A DNA stretch of 64,000 bases from an uncultured Acidimicrobiia bacterium (GCA_963786955.1 CAWBAT010000009.1:256001-320000), one strand, 5' to 3'. Positions 20,526 through 31,412 are shown, counted from the stretch's first letter. Program-made: numbers and translations. Notes: generated by a model not told the origin, from the letters alone.

Positions 20526-21431
20526 ATGGACCTTCTTCCCAATCGCCGCTGTTTCCTGAAATCCGGCCTGGCAGCATTTTCCGCCAGCAGTTTGCAAGCT
20601 TTTGCCCTGGCAACAATGCAGAGCAAACGTCCCGGCATGAAGAAGGCCTTGATGTTTGGTATGGTCGAAGGGGATGCGCCGCTAATCGAAAAATTTCGCT
20701 TGATCAAGGCCGTTGGATTTGACGGCGTTGAGATGGACAGCCCCGGAACATTTGACCCATTAGAAGTCCTCAAGGCTCGGGATGCCGCCGGACTCGAGAT
20801 TCCCGGAGTCGTGGACTCGGTTCATTGGAAACAGACCCTGTCGGATCCAGACCCTGCTGTGCGCGCCCGAGGTTTGGAGGGTCTCCAGACGGCATTGCGA
20901 GAATGCAAACTCTATGGAGGCAGCTCCGTACTCTTGGTGCCGGCTGTAGTCAGCAAAGAGGTTTCGTATCAAGATGCATACGTGCGTTCACAGTCCGAAA
21001 TTCGCAAAGCTCTCCCTTTGGCTGAGAAGCTGGGGGTGCGGATTGCTATCGAGAATGTCTGGAATCAGTTTCTCCTCAGCCCGCTGGAAGCTCAGCGGTA
21101 CGTCGATGAGTTCAATAGTCCCTGGGTGGGCTGGCATCTCGACGTGGGAAACATTATCAATTTCGGATGGCCCGAACAATGGATCCAGGTTCTGGGAAAA
21201 CGCATTGTAAAACTGCACATCAAGGACTTCAGCCGCAGGAAACGCGATCAAGAGGGACTCTGGGCCGGGTTCAAAGTGAACTTATGGGAAGGCGATTGCG
21301 ATTGGCCCGCCGTGATGCAGGCGCTCGATGCCATTGGATTCCGTGGCTGGGGTTCAGCGGAATTGGCCGGAGGCGGTCGTGAACGATTGAAAGACATCTC
21401 AGAACGAATGGACCGAATCTACAATTGTTGA
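20526..21431 (+). CDS. Tat-signal sugar phosphate isomerase/epimerase (xylose isomerase-like TIM barrel)
   Basis: NRRCFLK, IENVWN, DVGN, HIKD. Confidence 0.9.
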   Translation: MDLLPNRRCFLKSGLAAFSASSLQAFALATMQSKRPGMKKALMFGMVEGDAPLIEKFRLIKAVGFDGVEMDSPGTFDPLEVLKARDAAGLEIPGVVDSVHWKQTLSDPDPAVRARGLEGLQTALRECKLYGGSSVLLVPAVVSKEVSYQDAYVRSQSEIRKALPLAEKLGVRIAIENVWNQFLLSPLEAQRYVDEFNSPWVGWHLDVGNIINFGWPEQWIQVLGKRIVKLHIKDFSRRKRDQEGLWAGFKVNLWEGDCDWPAVMQALDAIGFRGWGSAELAGGGRERLKDISERMDRIYNC

Positions 21432-21522
21432 CGAGCCGACGCAAATCCGTAACAGACGTGCGGAACGGTCGTCGCGCCAACCACAAGATTGATAAATCGA
21501 CCAGAACCGAAAGGGAAGATCA

Positions 21523-22194
21523 CTAAAATCGGAAAATCACGCCGCCCGTAAAATCCACCTGGTTCTGCAGGGTTGTCTGCAGACGGACTACACACTGGGC
21601 TCCCGCCCCGCCAATGCTACACCAAAATCGACTGTCTGACGCAGAAAGCACAGTGGGTGCCCAGCGGGCTTCAGCGCGCAGCCCGAAATGATCGGCGAAG
21701 AAGTACTTGATCCCACCTCCCAGTGCGAATGAAAAACGCGTCAGGGAGTTGCTTTGGCCATTCTGGCTGGCATAATATGTCGTGGCGCCCAACCCCCCGA
21801 TCACATAGGGAAAAGCTTTCGGATCATTCAGAGTATAGTGATGTAAAAAATTGCAGTGATATTGGTCAATTTTCAGATTGAACGTTGACCCACTCAACGA
21901 CGGACCCGGATCGACAAATCCCGCTGGCAGCTCACCCTTCGTGAACATCCTTCGCCAAAGGCCTTCCACGGCGTCTTCCTCATTCAAGTAGACGCCAAAA
22001 GTAACCCCGGCATTGTAGGAATTGTTCACATGAATTGTCCCAAGATTGACATTATCAGAGCTTTCGAGGGGAATGCCTCCAGTCAAAGTAGCTCCCCCGA
22101 AGGGCTGAATCTCGAATCGTTTGAAATCTCCAGCGTAAATGATTGAACTCGCAAGCCCCATCAAGATGTAAATCATGAGGCAGTTTCTTTTCAT
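21523..22194 (-). CDS. Outer-membrane beta-barrel protein
   Basis: Signal peptide, PYVIGGLG, GGGIKYF, terminal IFRF. Confidence 0.82.
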   Translation of the reverse strand: MKRNCLMIYILMGLASSIIYAGDFKRFEIQPFGGATLTGGIPLESSDNVNLGTIHVNNSYNAGVTFGVYLNEEDAVEGLWRRMFTKGELPAGFVDPGPSLSGSTFNLKIDQYHCNFLHHYTLNDPKAFPYVIGGLGATTYYASQNGQSNSLTRFSFALGGGIKYFFADHFGLRAEARWAPTVLSASDSRFWCSIGGAGAQCVVRLQTTLQNQVDFTGGVIFRF

Positions 22195-22373
22195 AGAACC
22201 CCTTACCTAGTGATTTTTCTTTATCAAGTCAATCGTATCGATGAGGCTCGGATGCCTCATTTAGTTGGAGTCGACGTCCTGTTCATTTCAAGGGAACTTA
22301 TCGGAGCGAAGTCTGGAGACTTTATCCACCATCCACCCCAGCCTGATCGACAATGATTCGGCGGGGGCATCAT

Positions 22374-23195
22374 TCATTTCCTGAAGAGTCCAGGCAAGAG
22401 GATGCGCATCGCCGTCTCAGCCTCATGCTTCCAATCCGGGGATTCACTGATCACTGTGGAGTACCCGTCATACTTCAATTCATGGAGAGTTCGGAAAACC
22501 ATTTGAAAATCGAGGTGGCCGGACCCAAAGGTGCCGCGGTTCGTTTCACACAGATGAAAGTGGGAAAGGTCCTGGCCGCAAGCACGAATGGCGTCCTCGG
22601 CGGAGGATTCTTCGATGTTCAGATGAAAAGTGTCGGCCATGATGTGAAGAAAGCTCGATCCCACGGCACTTAACACGGATTTAACTTCGGCCACGGTATG
22701 ATTGAACCCTACCTCCAAGTGGTTTACGGGCTCAAACACGCAATGGACATTCTGCCTTTCGGCATGTTCCCCTACCCTTTTCAAGCAATCGATAATATTT
22801 CTCTGCGCACTATCCCGATTCGCCGCGTCTGCCCGTTGACCTTGAATCAACCCGATAACCAGTAACGTGCTCAGCTGATTTGCAATGGGCATCAGGGCCG
22901 CTACTCGCCGGACGGCTTCCTCTCTGACACTCGACTCAGGGCTCGCGAAACAAACCCGGTACTTCGAGTAAATTCCTCCGGTCAACAGGGCAGATGCTCT
23001 CAATCGGCAATGGTCAAGCTGAGTCGAAAGCGTTGCAACATCGATCTGGGAAGGGTCGGTGGCATTGAACTCTACCGCCTTGAAACCAAGCTCAGTCAGT
23101 CGCATCAATTTCTTACTTAATTCACTGTCCCGTTGCTCTTTTTCCAAAGACCCTAAGAAAAAACTCAACTTGGGCTTTTGCTCTTCTGGCATCAT
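22374..23195 (-). CDS. Sugar phosphate isomerase/epimerase family protein
   Basis: EPVNHLE, DTFHLNIEE, HLCETNRGTFGSGHLDF. Confidence 0.88.
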   Translation of the reverse strand: MMPEEQKPKLSFFLGSLEKEQRDSELSKKLMRLTELGFKAVEFNATDPSQIDVATLSTQLDHCRLRASALLTGGIYSKYRVCFASPESSVREEAVRRVAALMPIANQLSTLLVIGLIQGQRADAANRDSAQRNIIDCLKRVGEHAERQNVHCVFEPVNHLEVGFNHTVAEVKSVLSAVGSSFLHIMADTFHLNIEESSAEDAIRACGQDLSHFHLCETNRGTFGSGHLDFQMVFRTLHELKYDGYSTVISESPDWKHEAETAMRILLPGLFRK

Positions 23196-23698
23196 GGGTG
23201 TGCATCTCCTTCTTGCCGTGTCGCCTTGCGTCTCTCAAAAAGCGTTTGAGGCAAGTTAAAAGGACATTCAAATTCTCAATATGCCCTCTTCAAGAAACGG
23301 ATAAATCCCTCAGGCGCGTTCCAAATGGAAGACACAATACCACATCGAGAGTTTGTTCCCTCTCGGGAAATTCATCGGCAGCTTCGAACTGTACTTTTCT
23401 CTGATCCAAGAAATGTCCCCGCATTGAGAAATCGCCCCACCTCCACAACCATTGTTGGAATGACCGATAGGACCCAATATCAAACAGCGTTCCAAACTGT
23501 CTCCAAGGGGCATTGAGAGAGCATCCAAGGGAAAATGATGGCGGGATTGTAGAAATTACAGAAGACCTGATTGTGGCAAACAGGGGGGATGGAAGCATCG
23601 CGACTGTGACAGAAGCGATTATCGCCATGAGGACCACGATGGCAGACAGTCGAGCGCTGAATAAGATAGACGACGAAAGCGCGAACCTCATTAGACGC

Positions 23699-24409
23699 CT
23701 ACTCACTTCCTGAGACGAGTGATCCATTCGATCTACCCACGAGACCTACGTTGGACCAAGGTAGCCAGGGTGTGATGATTCGAAATGATTGGAACTCACT
23801 ATAGCCGGCTGCTTCCATGGTTTGCCTCAATTCCTTTTCGCAGCGGAGCTTTTGGGCTTTGCAGTTCCTCACGATAAGGCGCGTAATCAAAGGGGTCAGA
23901 ACCGGATTAAACTCCCAGAGAATTAATCTTCCCCCGGGTTTCAGCACCCTGGCAGATTCCAGGAGAGCCAGATGAAGCTGCTCGTCGGTGAGATACTTGA
24001 CGACATGAGAAAACAGGACGACATCGAACAAGGAGGAATTTATCGGCAGCGATAGGGCGCTCCCCACCATCAGCTCAACCGGTTTGATAGGCAGACCTTG
24101 CGACGCTGTCCTCCTACCCCGGAGGATCATTTGATAGGAGAGATCGATTCCCAGATACGACTCTTCCGAATGAATCTGCTTCTGGGCCGCGGTTAAGATT
24201 GTCCCCATTCCGCAACCGATCTCAGCAACGCGGTCCATGGGCGTCAACCCGGCAACACGAACAAAAGTACGCGTATAAACAACCCCACTCAGGCGGAAGA
24301 TGAGCCGTCCTAAGAGCGAAGTAAGGCCAGACTCTCCAATCCACCGGTCGTAGAAGTCGCGTGCTATAGACTCTGCTTTAGAGAGTGAAGGGGGAGGACT
24401 TGGGACCAC
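23699..24409 (-). CDS. Class I SAM-dependent methyltransferase
   Basis: EIGCGMG, GIDLS, RVLKPGG. Confidence 0.85.
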   Translation of the reverse strand: MVPSPPPSLSKAESIARDFYDRWIGESGLTSLLGRLIFRLSGVVYTRTFVRVAGLTPMDRVAEIGCGMGTILTAAQKQIHSEESYLGIDLSYQMILRGRRTASQGLPIKPVELMVGSALSLPINSSLFDVVLFSHVVKYLTDEQLHLALLESARVLKPGGRLILWEFNPVLTPLITRLIVRNCKAQKLRCEKELRQTMEAAGYSEFQSFRIITPWLPWSNVGLVGRSNGSLVSGSE

Positions 24410-25251
24410 CCTCGCGGGAAGGTATGATTTTTCTAAAAGAATTGGGCTATTCAGAAGTTTCTCGGCTGAGAGATCTTGTTTACTTGATGATGAGTTTGCC
24501 CTTCATATCTTTGTGCCAAGGCCGCAGAACTTGCAATAAGATAATTCAAAGCAGTTTCCACCTCCCGCCGGAGTTCACGTAAAGTTCTTTTCATTTTTCA
24601 CGGACCGGCAATCACTCACCGAAGCGGCATCGCAGGATCGTATGATAGCCAAAGTCTCACCGTGGAATAGGATTCTATGGAGGATTGTCTGTATTCCCAG
24701 CCGAACGGGATCAAATGGGGCTCGAATGGTTCCGCGCAAAACAGTTATCTTTCCCTTGGGAGCGTGGCGCCCTACCGCATTGACTTTGGGGGGAAGACGC
24801 ACAGCCTGTGGGACCCCCTGAAATTAGGCTTTATAAAGGAAAGACCGTTAAGTAGCCAGAATAGAATGGGCATTAAGACGAGTCAGCAACGACATCGACG
24901 TAGTCGAAGTTTTGTTAAACAACCTGCAAAATGACTCGAACTCATCATTTCGTGACAAAGCCGCCTGCGCATTAGCCAATGACCAGATCCATTTGACCAG
25001 GAATCAAACGGCACAGCTCTATCGAGAAAGGATCTATGGCGGTCTTGCCGGCCATTAGGGCTAGAGTGGAGGTTCTCAGTTTTCGGTTGGGTCTCCCACG
25101 GAAATACCTTTCCAGTTTGGAACGGAAGTCGTTCAGACCCCGAATCATTTATTAGGAAACAATCCTCGCCATCAACGATTCTTTGTTGATCCCAAGCCTA
25201 GGTGCGGTTACGATATCGTTAATATCAGTAAGCAGAATCTCGAGGAAGCCA

Positions 25252-26658
25252 ATGACCGAAACCTGGAAACAGTTGGAAGGCCAAGTGGTCAATGGGGAAT
25301 TTTATCTTCGCCAGTACTTGGGCGGATCAGACCAGAGCGCTGTATTCCTTACGGAACTCAGTGAGCCGGAAGCCCGAAAAGCTGCGATCAAGCTCGTTCC
25401 GTCAGATCCGGCGAATGCAGAACTCTACCTCTCCCGTTTGATGCGTGCCATGAAACTGTCCCATCCCCATTTGATGAAAATTTACCAGGTGGGACGCTGC
25501 CAAGTGGGGCAGAGAAAACAGTTCTATATCGTGATGGAGTGTGCAGAAGAGGACCTGTCGCAGATTCTCCCAGAACGACCTCTCACACCAGGCGAGGCAC
25601 GTCAGATGCTTGAGCCCATTTTAGACGCTTTAGCATACCTTCACGGAGAAGGTTTCGCGCACGGCCACATGAAACCCGCAAATATCCTGGCTGTTGATGA
25701 TCAAATCAAAATTTCAAGTGACGGGCTGTATCCTCTGATGAATGAACCCAGTGGGGTGCTGGGTAAGCTGGGTGCCTACGACTCACCCGAGGCCGCCATG
25801 GGAAAGGTATCACCATCGGGGGACGTTTGGGCGCTGGGTATCCTGCTGGCCGAAGCACTAACGCAGCATGTTCCCGTGCAAGGGAAGAATGAAGAAGAAG
25901 TGGCTGTGCCAAAGACATTGCCTGCGCCATTTCTGGAGATCGTCAGGCATTGTCTCCATAGGGATCCGCAACAACGATTCACGTTGGATGATATTGCTAT
26001 GAAGCTGAAACCGCCTTCACCTTTGCCCCCGATTCAGACGAATGCGAGTGCCAGTTCGGAAGGTGTCGTCGGAAAGCGTCGCTCCATGTCTCTTTGGGTT
26101 GCGGTCTGCCTCCTACTCGCCGGAATACTGGCCATTCCGAGTCTACTCCACCGTCGTACCACCTCTCAGCAAACCCCCTCCCCCACAACCGAACCTCAAG
26201 TGATTCATTCCAATCCAGAGCAGAGCCCCGTGGTCCCCGATGAGACACGGTCTCCGAAAGGGCTGGGCGATGAATCGGAAAGTTCCGGAGGGACGACTCC
26301 GCAGCCAAGCCCTTCACAGACTGATCCAGGGATGAGCCAACCTACTGGCGGCCTAATCAAAGGTGAGGTTCTCCACCAAGTCTTGCCCGAGATTTCTCAG
26401 AAGTCACGAGAAACCATTCAAGGCAAGTTGAAGGTCAATGTGAGAGTCACTGTTGATCCATCAGGCAACGTGACGGGAGCAACATTGGACTCTCCTGTAA
26501 AGAGCAACTATTTTGCGAATCAGGCAATACAAGCAGCGCGCGCTTGGAAATTTGCGCCGGCGAAAGTGGATGGTCGTGAAGTTTCGAGTGAGTGGCTGTT
26601 GAGATTCGAGTTTGAAAGGGCCGCCACTACGGTCTTTCCAGCCGAAGCAACTCCTTAG
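25252..26658 (+). CDS. Ser/Thr kinase-like domain, TM helix, Pro-rich linker, TonB C-terminal domain
   Basis: AAIKL, HGHMKPANIL, DSPE, DVWALG; TM WVAVCLLLAGILAI; C-terminal VTVDPSGNV...AARAWKFAPA. Confidence 0.85.
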   Translation: MTETWKQLEGQVVNGEFYLRQYLGGSDQSAVFLTELSEPEARKAAIKLVPSDPANAELYLSRLMRAMKLSHPHLMKIYQVGRCQVGQRKQFYIVMECAEEDLSQILPERPLTPGEARQMLEPILDALAYLHGEGFAHGHMKPANILAVDDQIKISSDGLYPLMNEPSGVLGKLGAYDSPEAAMGKVSPSGDVWALGILLAEALTQHVPVQGKNEEEVAVPKTLPAPFLEIVRHCLHRDPQQRFTLDDIAMKLKPPSPLPPIQTNASASSEGVVGKRRSMSLWVAVCLLLAGILAIPSLLHRRTTSQQTPSPTTEPQVIHSNPEQSPVVPDETRSPKGLGDESESSGGTTPQPSPSQTDPGMSQPTGGLIKGEVLHQVLPEISQKSRETIQGKLKVNVRVTVDPSGNVTGATLDSPVKSNYFANQAIQAARAWKFAPAKVDGREVSSEWLLRFEFERAATTVFPAEATP

Positions 26659-26842
26659 TACTGTTTTTGCCAAACTGATCACAAATCTCGCAGATGTAGG
26701 AAGCCAGTCAAACCTTCACTTCCCCTCCCAGAGTTTTGCTTAATTCCCGTCCGCTTGAGGGAAGGTGTAAGAAAGTAAGGGCAAAAATCTTGCATCGGCC
26801 TTTTCACGCGGAATACTCAGCGTCAGTTGTGATACACAAGGC

Positions 26843-26870
26843 TTGACAACCTAAAGAGCTCAGGTGTAAT
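26843..26870 (+). promoter_or_regulatory. Putative sigma-70 promoter
   Basis: TTGACA-N16-TGTAAT just upstream of the leader ORF. Confidence 0.5.
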
Positions 26871-26880
26871 CTAATTTTTG

Positions 26881-27279
26881 ATGCGATCAAGGCGATTTTC
26901 TCTACTGACGACGAAAACATCGCCACATCGGGATGTGGAACCAAACAAGTTCGCCAGCTGTCTCCTGCTGGTCTTCATACTTTCAAGCCTTTTCCACACC
27001 AGCGTACATACTTGTACTTCAATAGGATACGAAACAAATCCTCATTCACTCCCAGGCAGCAGCTTACTTCACAGACCATTAGAAGGTCCCGCACCCGACA
27101 AACTTCCCCCTTGTCATGCCTGCATTTGCAAAAGACTGCAATTGGCTGTTTTTCCCTCTCAGGTCTTAATCGCAAAACCGGGTCAGCTTGAGTCCACCTC
27201 CGCCGCGCCTGATCAGGTATTGAATCGCCTCCTTTACGAGCGATTAACTCTTTCCAGAGCTCCTCCGATACAAGGATAA
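26881..27279 (+). CDS. DUF2946-like leader protein with CxxC and C-terminal RAPP
   Basis: Hydrophobic segment, HTSVH, CHAC, ends LSRAPPIQG; directly upstream of a TonB receptor. Confidence 0.75.
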   Translation: MRSRRFSLLTTKTSPHRDVEPNKFASCLLLVFILSSLFHTSVHTCTSIGYETNPHSLPGSSLLHRPLEGPAPDKLPPCHACICKRLQLAVFPSQVLIAKPGQLESTSAAPDQVLNRLLYERLTLSRAPPIQG

Positions 27280-27325
27280 ACACTCTAGGCTAAGCATCAC
27301 CCCGTGCATAAAGCCTGATTCAGAT

Positions 27326-29980
27326 TTGGTTGTGATCTCCGCTTCCGTTTTGCTTGAGAATCAGCATCCGACCGAGAAGTACTCTTTATCAATCATGGGG
27401 GTGCCCAAATTCAGCCCAAAGATGCGCCCATTTGAGTTTAGATCCAGGAGCCCGCAAACAGTGAACCGAAGATTGACTCCATTAATATTTGCAGTTGCAT
27501 TCTTCTCCTTCGGATTATCTATATTAGCCCAATCCATTGGAAACGCAGGAACGATTGAGGGGATCGTTACCGATCCTACAGATGCCGTGATTCGGGGGTC
27601 CACGATAGAAATTCAAAATCTGATAACCGGATTTAGACGCCAGACGAATACGGACGACGCCGGGAATTTTCGCTTCACGAACATCCCTCCCAACATTTAT
27701 CACTTGCATGCGACCGCGAACGGATTCAAAGAAATGCATCAGGATTTGACGCTGCGTACATCGGTTCCCCTTAGCCTGAAGATAACACTTGAAATTGGGA
27801 CTCTTACGCTAGAGGTTGACGTGGAGGCCGGTGCCGGGGGGATGGTGGAAAACATTCCGTGGGCGCATACAGATATAGACAAGACACTCATGTCCGAACT
27901 GCCTCATAGCTCACCGGGTTCGGGGCTAAGCGATGTGATCACATTGGCCGCCCCTGGCGTCGTCAGCGACTCCAATGGATTCTTCCATCCTTTGGGGGAT
28001 CACGCTCAAACTTCTTTCTCCATAGACAACCAACCCATCTCAGACCAGCAGACCAAATCATTCTCAACCCAACTTCCCGTCAATGCCATTCAATCGATGG
28101 AGGTCATCACCGGTGCTGTGCCCGCTGAGTATGGGGATAAGACCAGTTTGGTCATCAATGCGATCACCCGCTCCGGGATGGGCATTCCGAAGCCAACGGG
28201 CAGTTTTCTTGCCCAGTATGGTACTTTTGGATCCACTGAGCTGGAGGGCAATTTTGCTGTAGGGGGACCCAAAGTGGGCAACTTTACGGCTTTCAACTTT
28301 GAGCGATCGGGCCGATTTCTGGACGCCCCGGAGTTGGCTGTTTTCCATGGCCCCGGCACAGCCACAAACCTATTTAATCGATTTGATTACAGCCCGAATT
28401 CTAAAGACATCTTTCATCTGAATTTGTTTTTAGCGCGTAACCGTTTCGATACACCCAATACCTACGATCAACAGGCCGTTGGGCAGGCTCAGGGACAGCT
28501 GGTTCGTACCATCAATGTCGCTCCCGGCTATGTCCATACTTTTGACGCGAATACCCTTCTGACGGTCAACCCTTACTACCGGCTCGATGAAGTCTGGTAT
28601 TACCCCAGTCCTGACCCATTTTCCGACCAGCCTGAAACCTTCGGCCAACAGCGGCGGCTCAACAACGTGGGCATCCGGGCCGATGTCTCCAGAGCTAAAG
28701 GGATCAATAATTTAAAATTTGGCGTGCAATTCTCACATACGTTCCTCACGGAGAACTTCCAGTTTGGCATAACGGACCCGTCGGTCAATGATCCGTCTAG
28801 CGAGAGTTATAACCCTGGATTAGCTCCCTATGACCTGACCCGGGGCGGCAGTGAGTATATTTTTCATGGCCACACCGATATCAAACAAGAAGCGTTTTAC
28901 GCGCAAGACACCCTCTCGCTTCACAATGTGACGATCAACCTCGGCCTCCGCTTTGACAACTACAATGGGATTAGCAGTGGGCATGGGTTACAGCCGCGAG
29001 CCGGCATCTCATACCATATCAAGCCGACCAACACGGTCCTGCGGGGTTCTTACACGCGCACTTTCGAGACACCCTACAACGAAAACCTCATTCTCTCGAG
29101 TGAGGCCGGAGCAGGCGGGTTGTCAGATGGAATTCTCGCCTCCTCCAGTAATGATCCTTTGAAACCCGGCACTCGCAACCAGTTCAATGTCGGGGTACAA
29201 CAGGGGATAGGTAAGTGGATCATTATTGATGCCGATTATTTCTGGAAGTATACAAACAACTCTTACGACTTTAACGTCATCCTGGACACCTCGATCGCTT
29301 TCCCCATTGCCTGGCACAATTCCAAGATCGACGGAGTTGCGTTGCGGGTTAACCTGGCGGACTACAAAGGACTCTCCGCTTTCATGGTTGCGGGTCATAC
29401 CCGGTCCCGTTTCTTTCCGCCAGAGACTGGAGGTTTGTTCTTCAATTCGGATATCCCCCCAGGCGTTTTCCGTATCGACCATGACCAGGCTTTCCAGCAA
29501 ACGACCCATGTGCAATATCAGTTTCATCAATTGAAGAAGATTGAACCTTACATAGACTTTTCTTGGCGGTATGACAGTGGCTTGGTCGCGGGCAATGTTC
29601 CCGACTACGCAACAGCTCTGACCCTGACACCCGACCAGCAAGCCCAGATCGGCTTATACTGTGGGAGCACTTTTGCAACCCCGACTCAGGGGCTAACGGA
29701 ATGTGGTAATCCCAATCAGGGTGCTTTGCGGTTGAGAATTCCGGCGAACGGAACTGAAAATAATGATCACAATCCTCCTCGAATTACTCCTCGAAATCTT
29801 TTCGGACTGAGCGTGGGTTCCAACAACTTGCTGCGCACCGAGAAGGTTCGCGTGGTGTTGCGACTCACAGCTGTCAATCTCGGAAACAAAGAGGCTCTTT
29901 ACAATTTTCTGTCCACATTCAGTGGCACCCATTTCGTCTCGCCCCGCTCATTTCAGGCTCAGCTCGGGGTAGTCTTTTAG
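27326..29980 (+). CDS. TonB-dependent receptor (true start probably later, about 27422-27461)
   Basis: Carboxypeptidase-regulatory-like N-domain, plug motif EVITGAVPAEYG, GFFHPLGDH, DHDQ, terminal Phe. Confidence 0.9.
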   Translation: MVVISASVLLENQHPTEKYSLSIMGVPKFSPKMRPFEFRSRSPQTVNRRLTPLIFAVAFFSFGLSILAQSIGNAGTIEGIVTDPTDAVIRGSTIEIQNLITGFRRQTNTDDAGNFRFTNIPPNIYHLHATANGFKEMHQDLTLRTSVPLSLKITLEIGTLTLEVDVEAGAGGMVENIPWAHTDIDKTLMSELPHSSPGSGLSDVITLAAPGVVSDSNGFFHPLGDHAQTSFSIDNQPISDQQTKSFSTQLPVNAIQSMEVITGAVPAEYGDKTSLVINAITRSGMGIPKPTGSFLAQYGTFGSTELEGNFAVGGPKVGNFTAFNFERSGRFLDAPELAVFHGPGTATNLFNRFDYSPNSKDIFHLNLFLARNRFDTPNTYDQQAVGQAQGQLVRTINVAPGYVHTFDANTLLTVNPYYRLDEVWYYPSPDPFSDQPETFGQQRRLNNVGIRADVSRAKGINNLKFGVQFSHTFLTENFQFGITDPSVNDPSSESYNPGLAPYDLTRGGSEYIFHGHTDIKQEAFYAQDTLSLHNVTINLGLRFDNYNGISSGHGLQPRAGISYHIKPTNTVLRGSYTRTFETPYNENLILSSEAGAGGLSDGILASSSNDPLKPGTRNQFNVGVQQGIGKWIIIDADYFWKYTNNSYDFNVILDTSIAFPIAWHNSKIDGVALRVNLADYKGLSAFMVAGHTRSRFFPPETGGLFFNSDIPPGVFRIDHDQAFQQTTHVQYQFHQLKKIEPYIDFSWRYDSGLVAGNVPDYATALTLTPDQQAQIGLYCGSTFATPTQGLTECGNPNQGALRLRIPANGTENNDHNPPRITPRNLFGLSVGSNNLLRTEKVRVVLRLTAVNLGNKEALYNFLSTFSGTHFVSPRSFQAQLGVVF

Positions 29981-30362
29981 ACACTGTTTGACGAGAATGT
30001 GGCAGCCATCAAATTCAAACGTAATAAATAATCAAGGTCCATATTCAGTACCCACGGCGTTGCACGCAGCCAGATCGGCAGCCTCGGCGAGACTGCCCTA
30101 CCTTCGGTGCGATCTTCGGTCGTCCCCCTTAGACAGGGGGGACTTCGGGGGTTGGGGCCCCCTCCTTATGCGAGGATGGGGAACGTCATTGAGTTTGGTC
30201 ACCTCGGAATAACAAAACTGGCAATTCTCCTCTTCTCTTCGTAGCATATACCCGTTTTATCCTAATAATGCCTCCAACCCTTCCGGATTGGGTTGTGGCT
30301 ATCTGCCAGGCGGCTGTCAGTAAGATTGCTTTTATTCGCGGAAGGAGGAGTGTCAATTTGCC

Positions 30363-31412
30363 ATGAAAACCAGAATCCTCATTCTATTCTATTTTATTTT
30401 ATTGGCGGCGCCACTCTACGGACGACCGAAGATCGATACGATTGTGATGAAGAACGGCGACAACTGGACATGCGAGATCAAGCGACTCGAGGAGGGCGTG
30501 CTCTACGTAGGTCTTGATTATGTCGATGGAACGATCTCGGTTGACTGGTCGAAAGTGGGCCGGCTGGAAAGCACCCAGTTGTTCCTGGTAAAAACCGAAG
30601 GCGGTGAAATCTATACGGGAACTCTCAAAACCCCGGAAACACCTGCCGATGAGCCGGTCAAGATTGAGATCATAGAAGCACCTTCCCAACAGGTAGTCCT
30701 TGCCCGGAAAGAGATCGTGGAGGTAGGACAAACTTCCGAGACATTTTGGCGTCGATTCAGTGGGAGCATCAACGGTGGGCTGATCTTTTCCAAGAGCAAT
30801 AGCAATATCCAATACAACCTTGGCTCACAGCTTAAGTATGTACGCGCCCGTTGGTCTGCACAAGCGAGCTATAGTACGGCTCTATCTAGCAGCGAGGGAG
30901 CGACCACAACGACCCGAAATCAATTGACTTTCTCAGCGGAACGTAACTTGCGTTGGAATAATTGGTATTATGCAGGCCTGACAGATTTTCTTCAGAGTTC
31001 CTCACAAGGGATCGATCTTCAAACCTCGGTAGGTGGCGGCATCGGCCGTTACCTTAAGAACACGAATCGGTCACGTATTGCATTGACCGGAGGACTGGCC
31101 TGGCAGGGCACGAACTATGAGCCTACGAGCAACTTCCAAGGGAATCAAAACGTGATTGCAGCCCTTATTTCGACAAGAGTTCAAGCATTCAAGTTCAAGA
31201 AGACGAACCTCAACCTTAGTGCCAATCTCCTCCCTGCCCTTTCTCAGCCCGGTAGAGTCCGTTTCAATGCAAACATCACTTATTCTATTCAAATCTTTAA
31301 TAATTTCTGGTGGAACTTCCAATTTTATGGCAACTGGGATAACCGGCCACCGGCCAATTTCTCTGGCAGCGACTATGGCACCAGCTCGGGGACCTCTTAT
31401 ACATTCCCCTAA
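30363..31412 (+). CDS. DUF481-like outer-membrane beta-barrel protein
   Basis: Signal peptide, DTIVMKNGD N-domain, alternating beta strands. Confidence 0.78.
   Translation: MKTRILILFYFILLAAPLYGRPKIDTIVMKNGDNWTCEIKRLEEGVLYVGLDYVDGTISVDWSKVGRLESTQLFLVKTEGGEIYTGTLKTPETPADEPVKIEIIEAPSQQVVLARKEIVEVGQTSETFWRRFSGSINGGLIFSKSNSNIQYNLGSQLKYVRARWSAQASYSTALSSSEGATTTTRNQLTFSAERNLRWNNWYYAGLTDFLQSSSQGIDLQTSVGGGIGRYLKNTNRSRIALTGGLAWQGTNYEPTSNFQGNQNVIAALISTRVQAFKFKKTNLNLSANLLPALSQPGRVRFNANITYSIQIFNNFWWNFQFYGNWDNRPPANFSGSDYGTSSGTSYTFP

Noticed and set aside
23290-23727. 145-aa ORF downstream of the methyltransferase
   Set aside because: Hydrophobic start but no recognisable motifs; coding status unsupported.
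24640-25060. Protein-like scraps ([23 protein letters not shown])
   Set aside because: Probably a decayed gene, but I cannot assign a family or boundaries.
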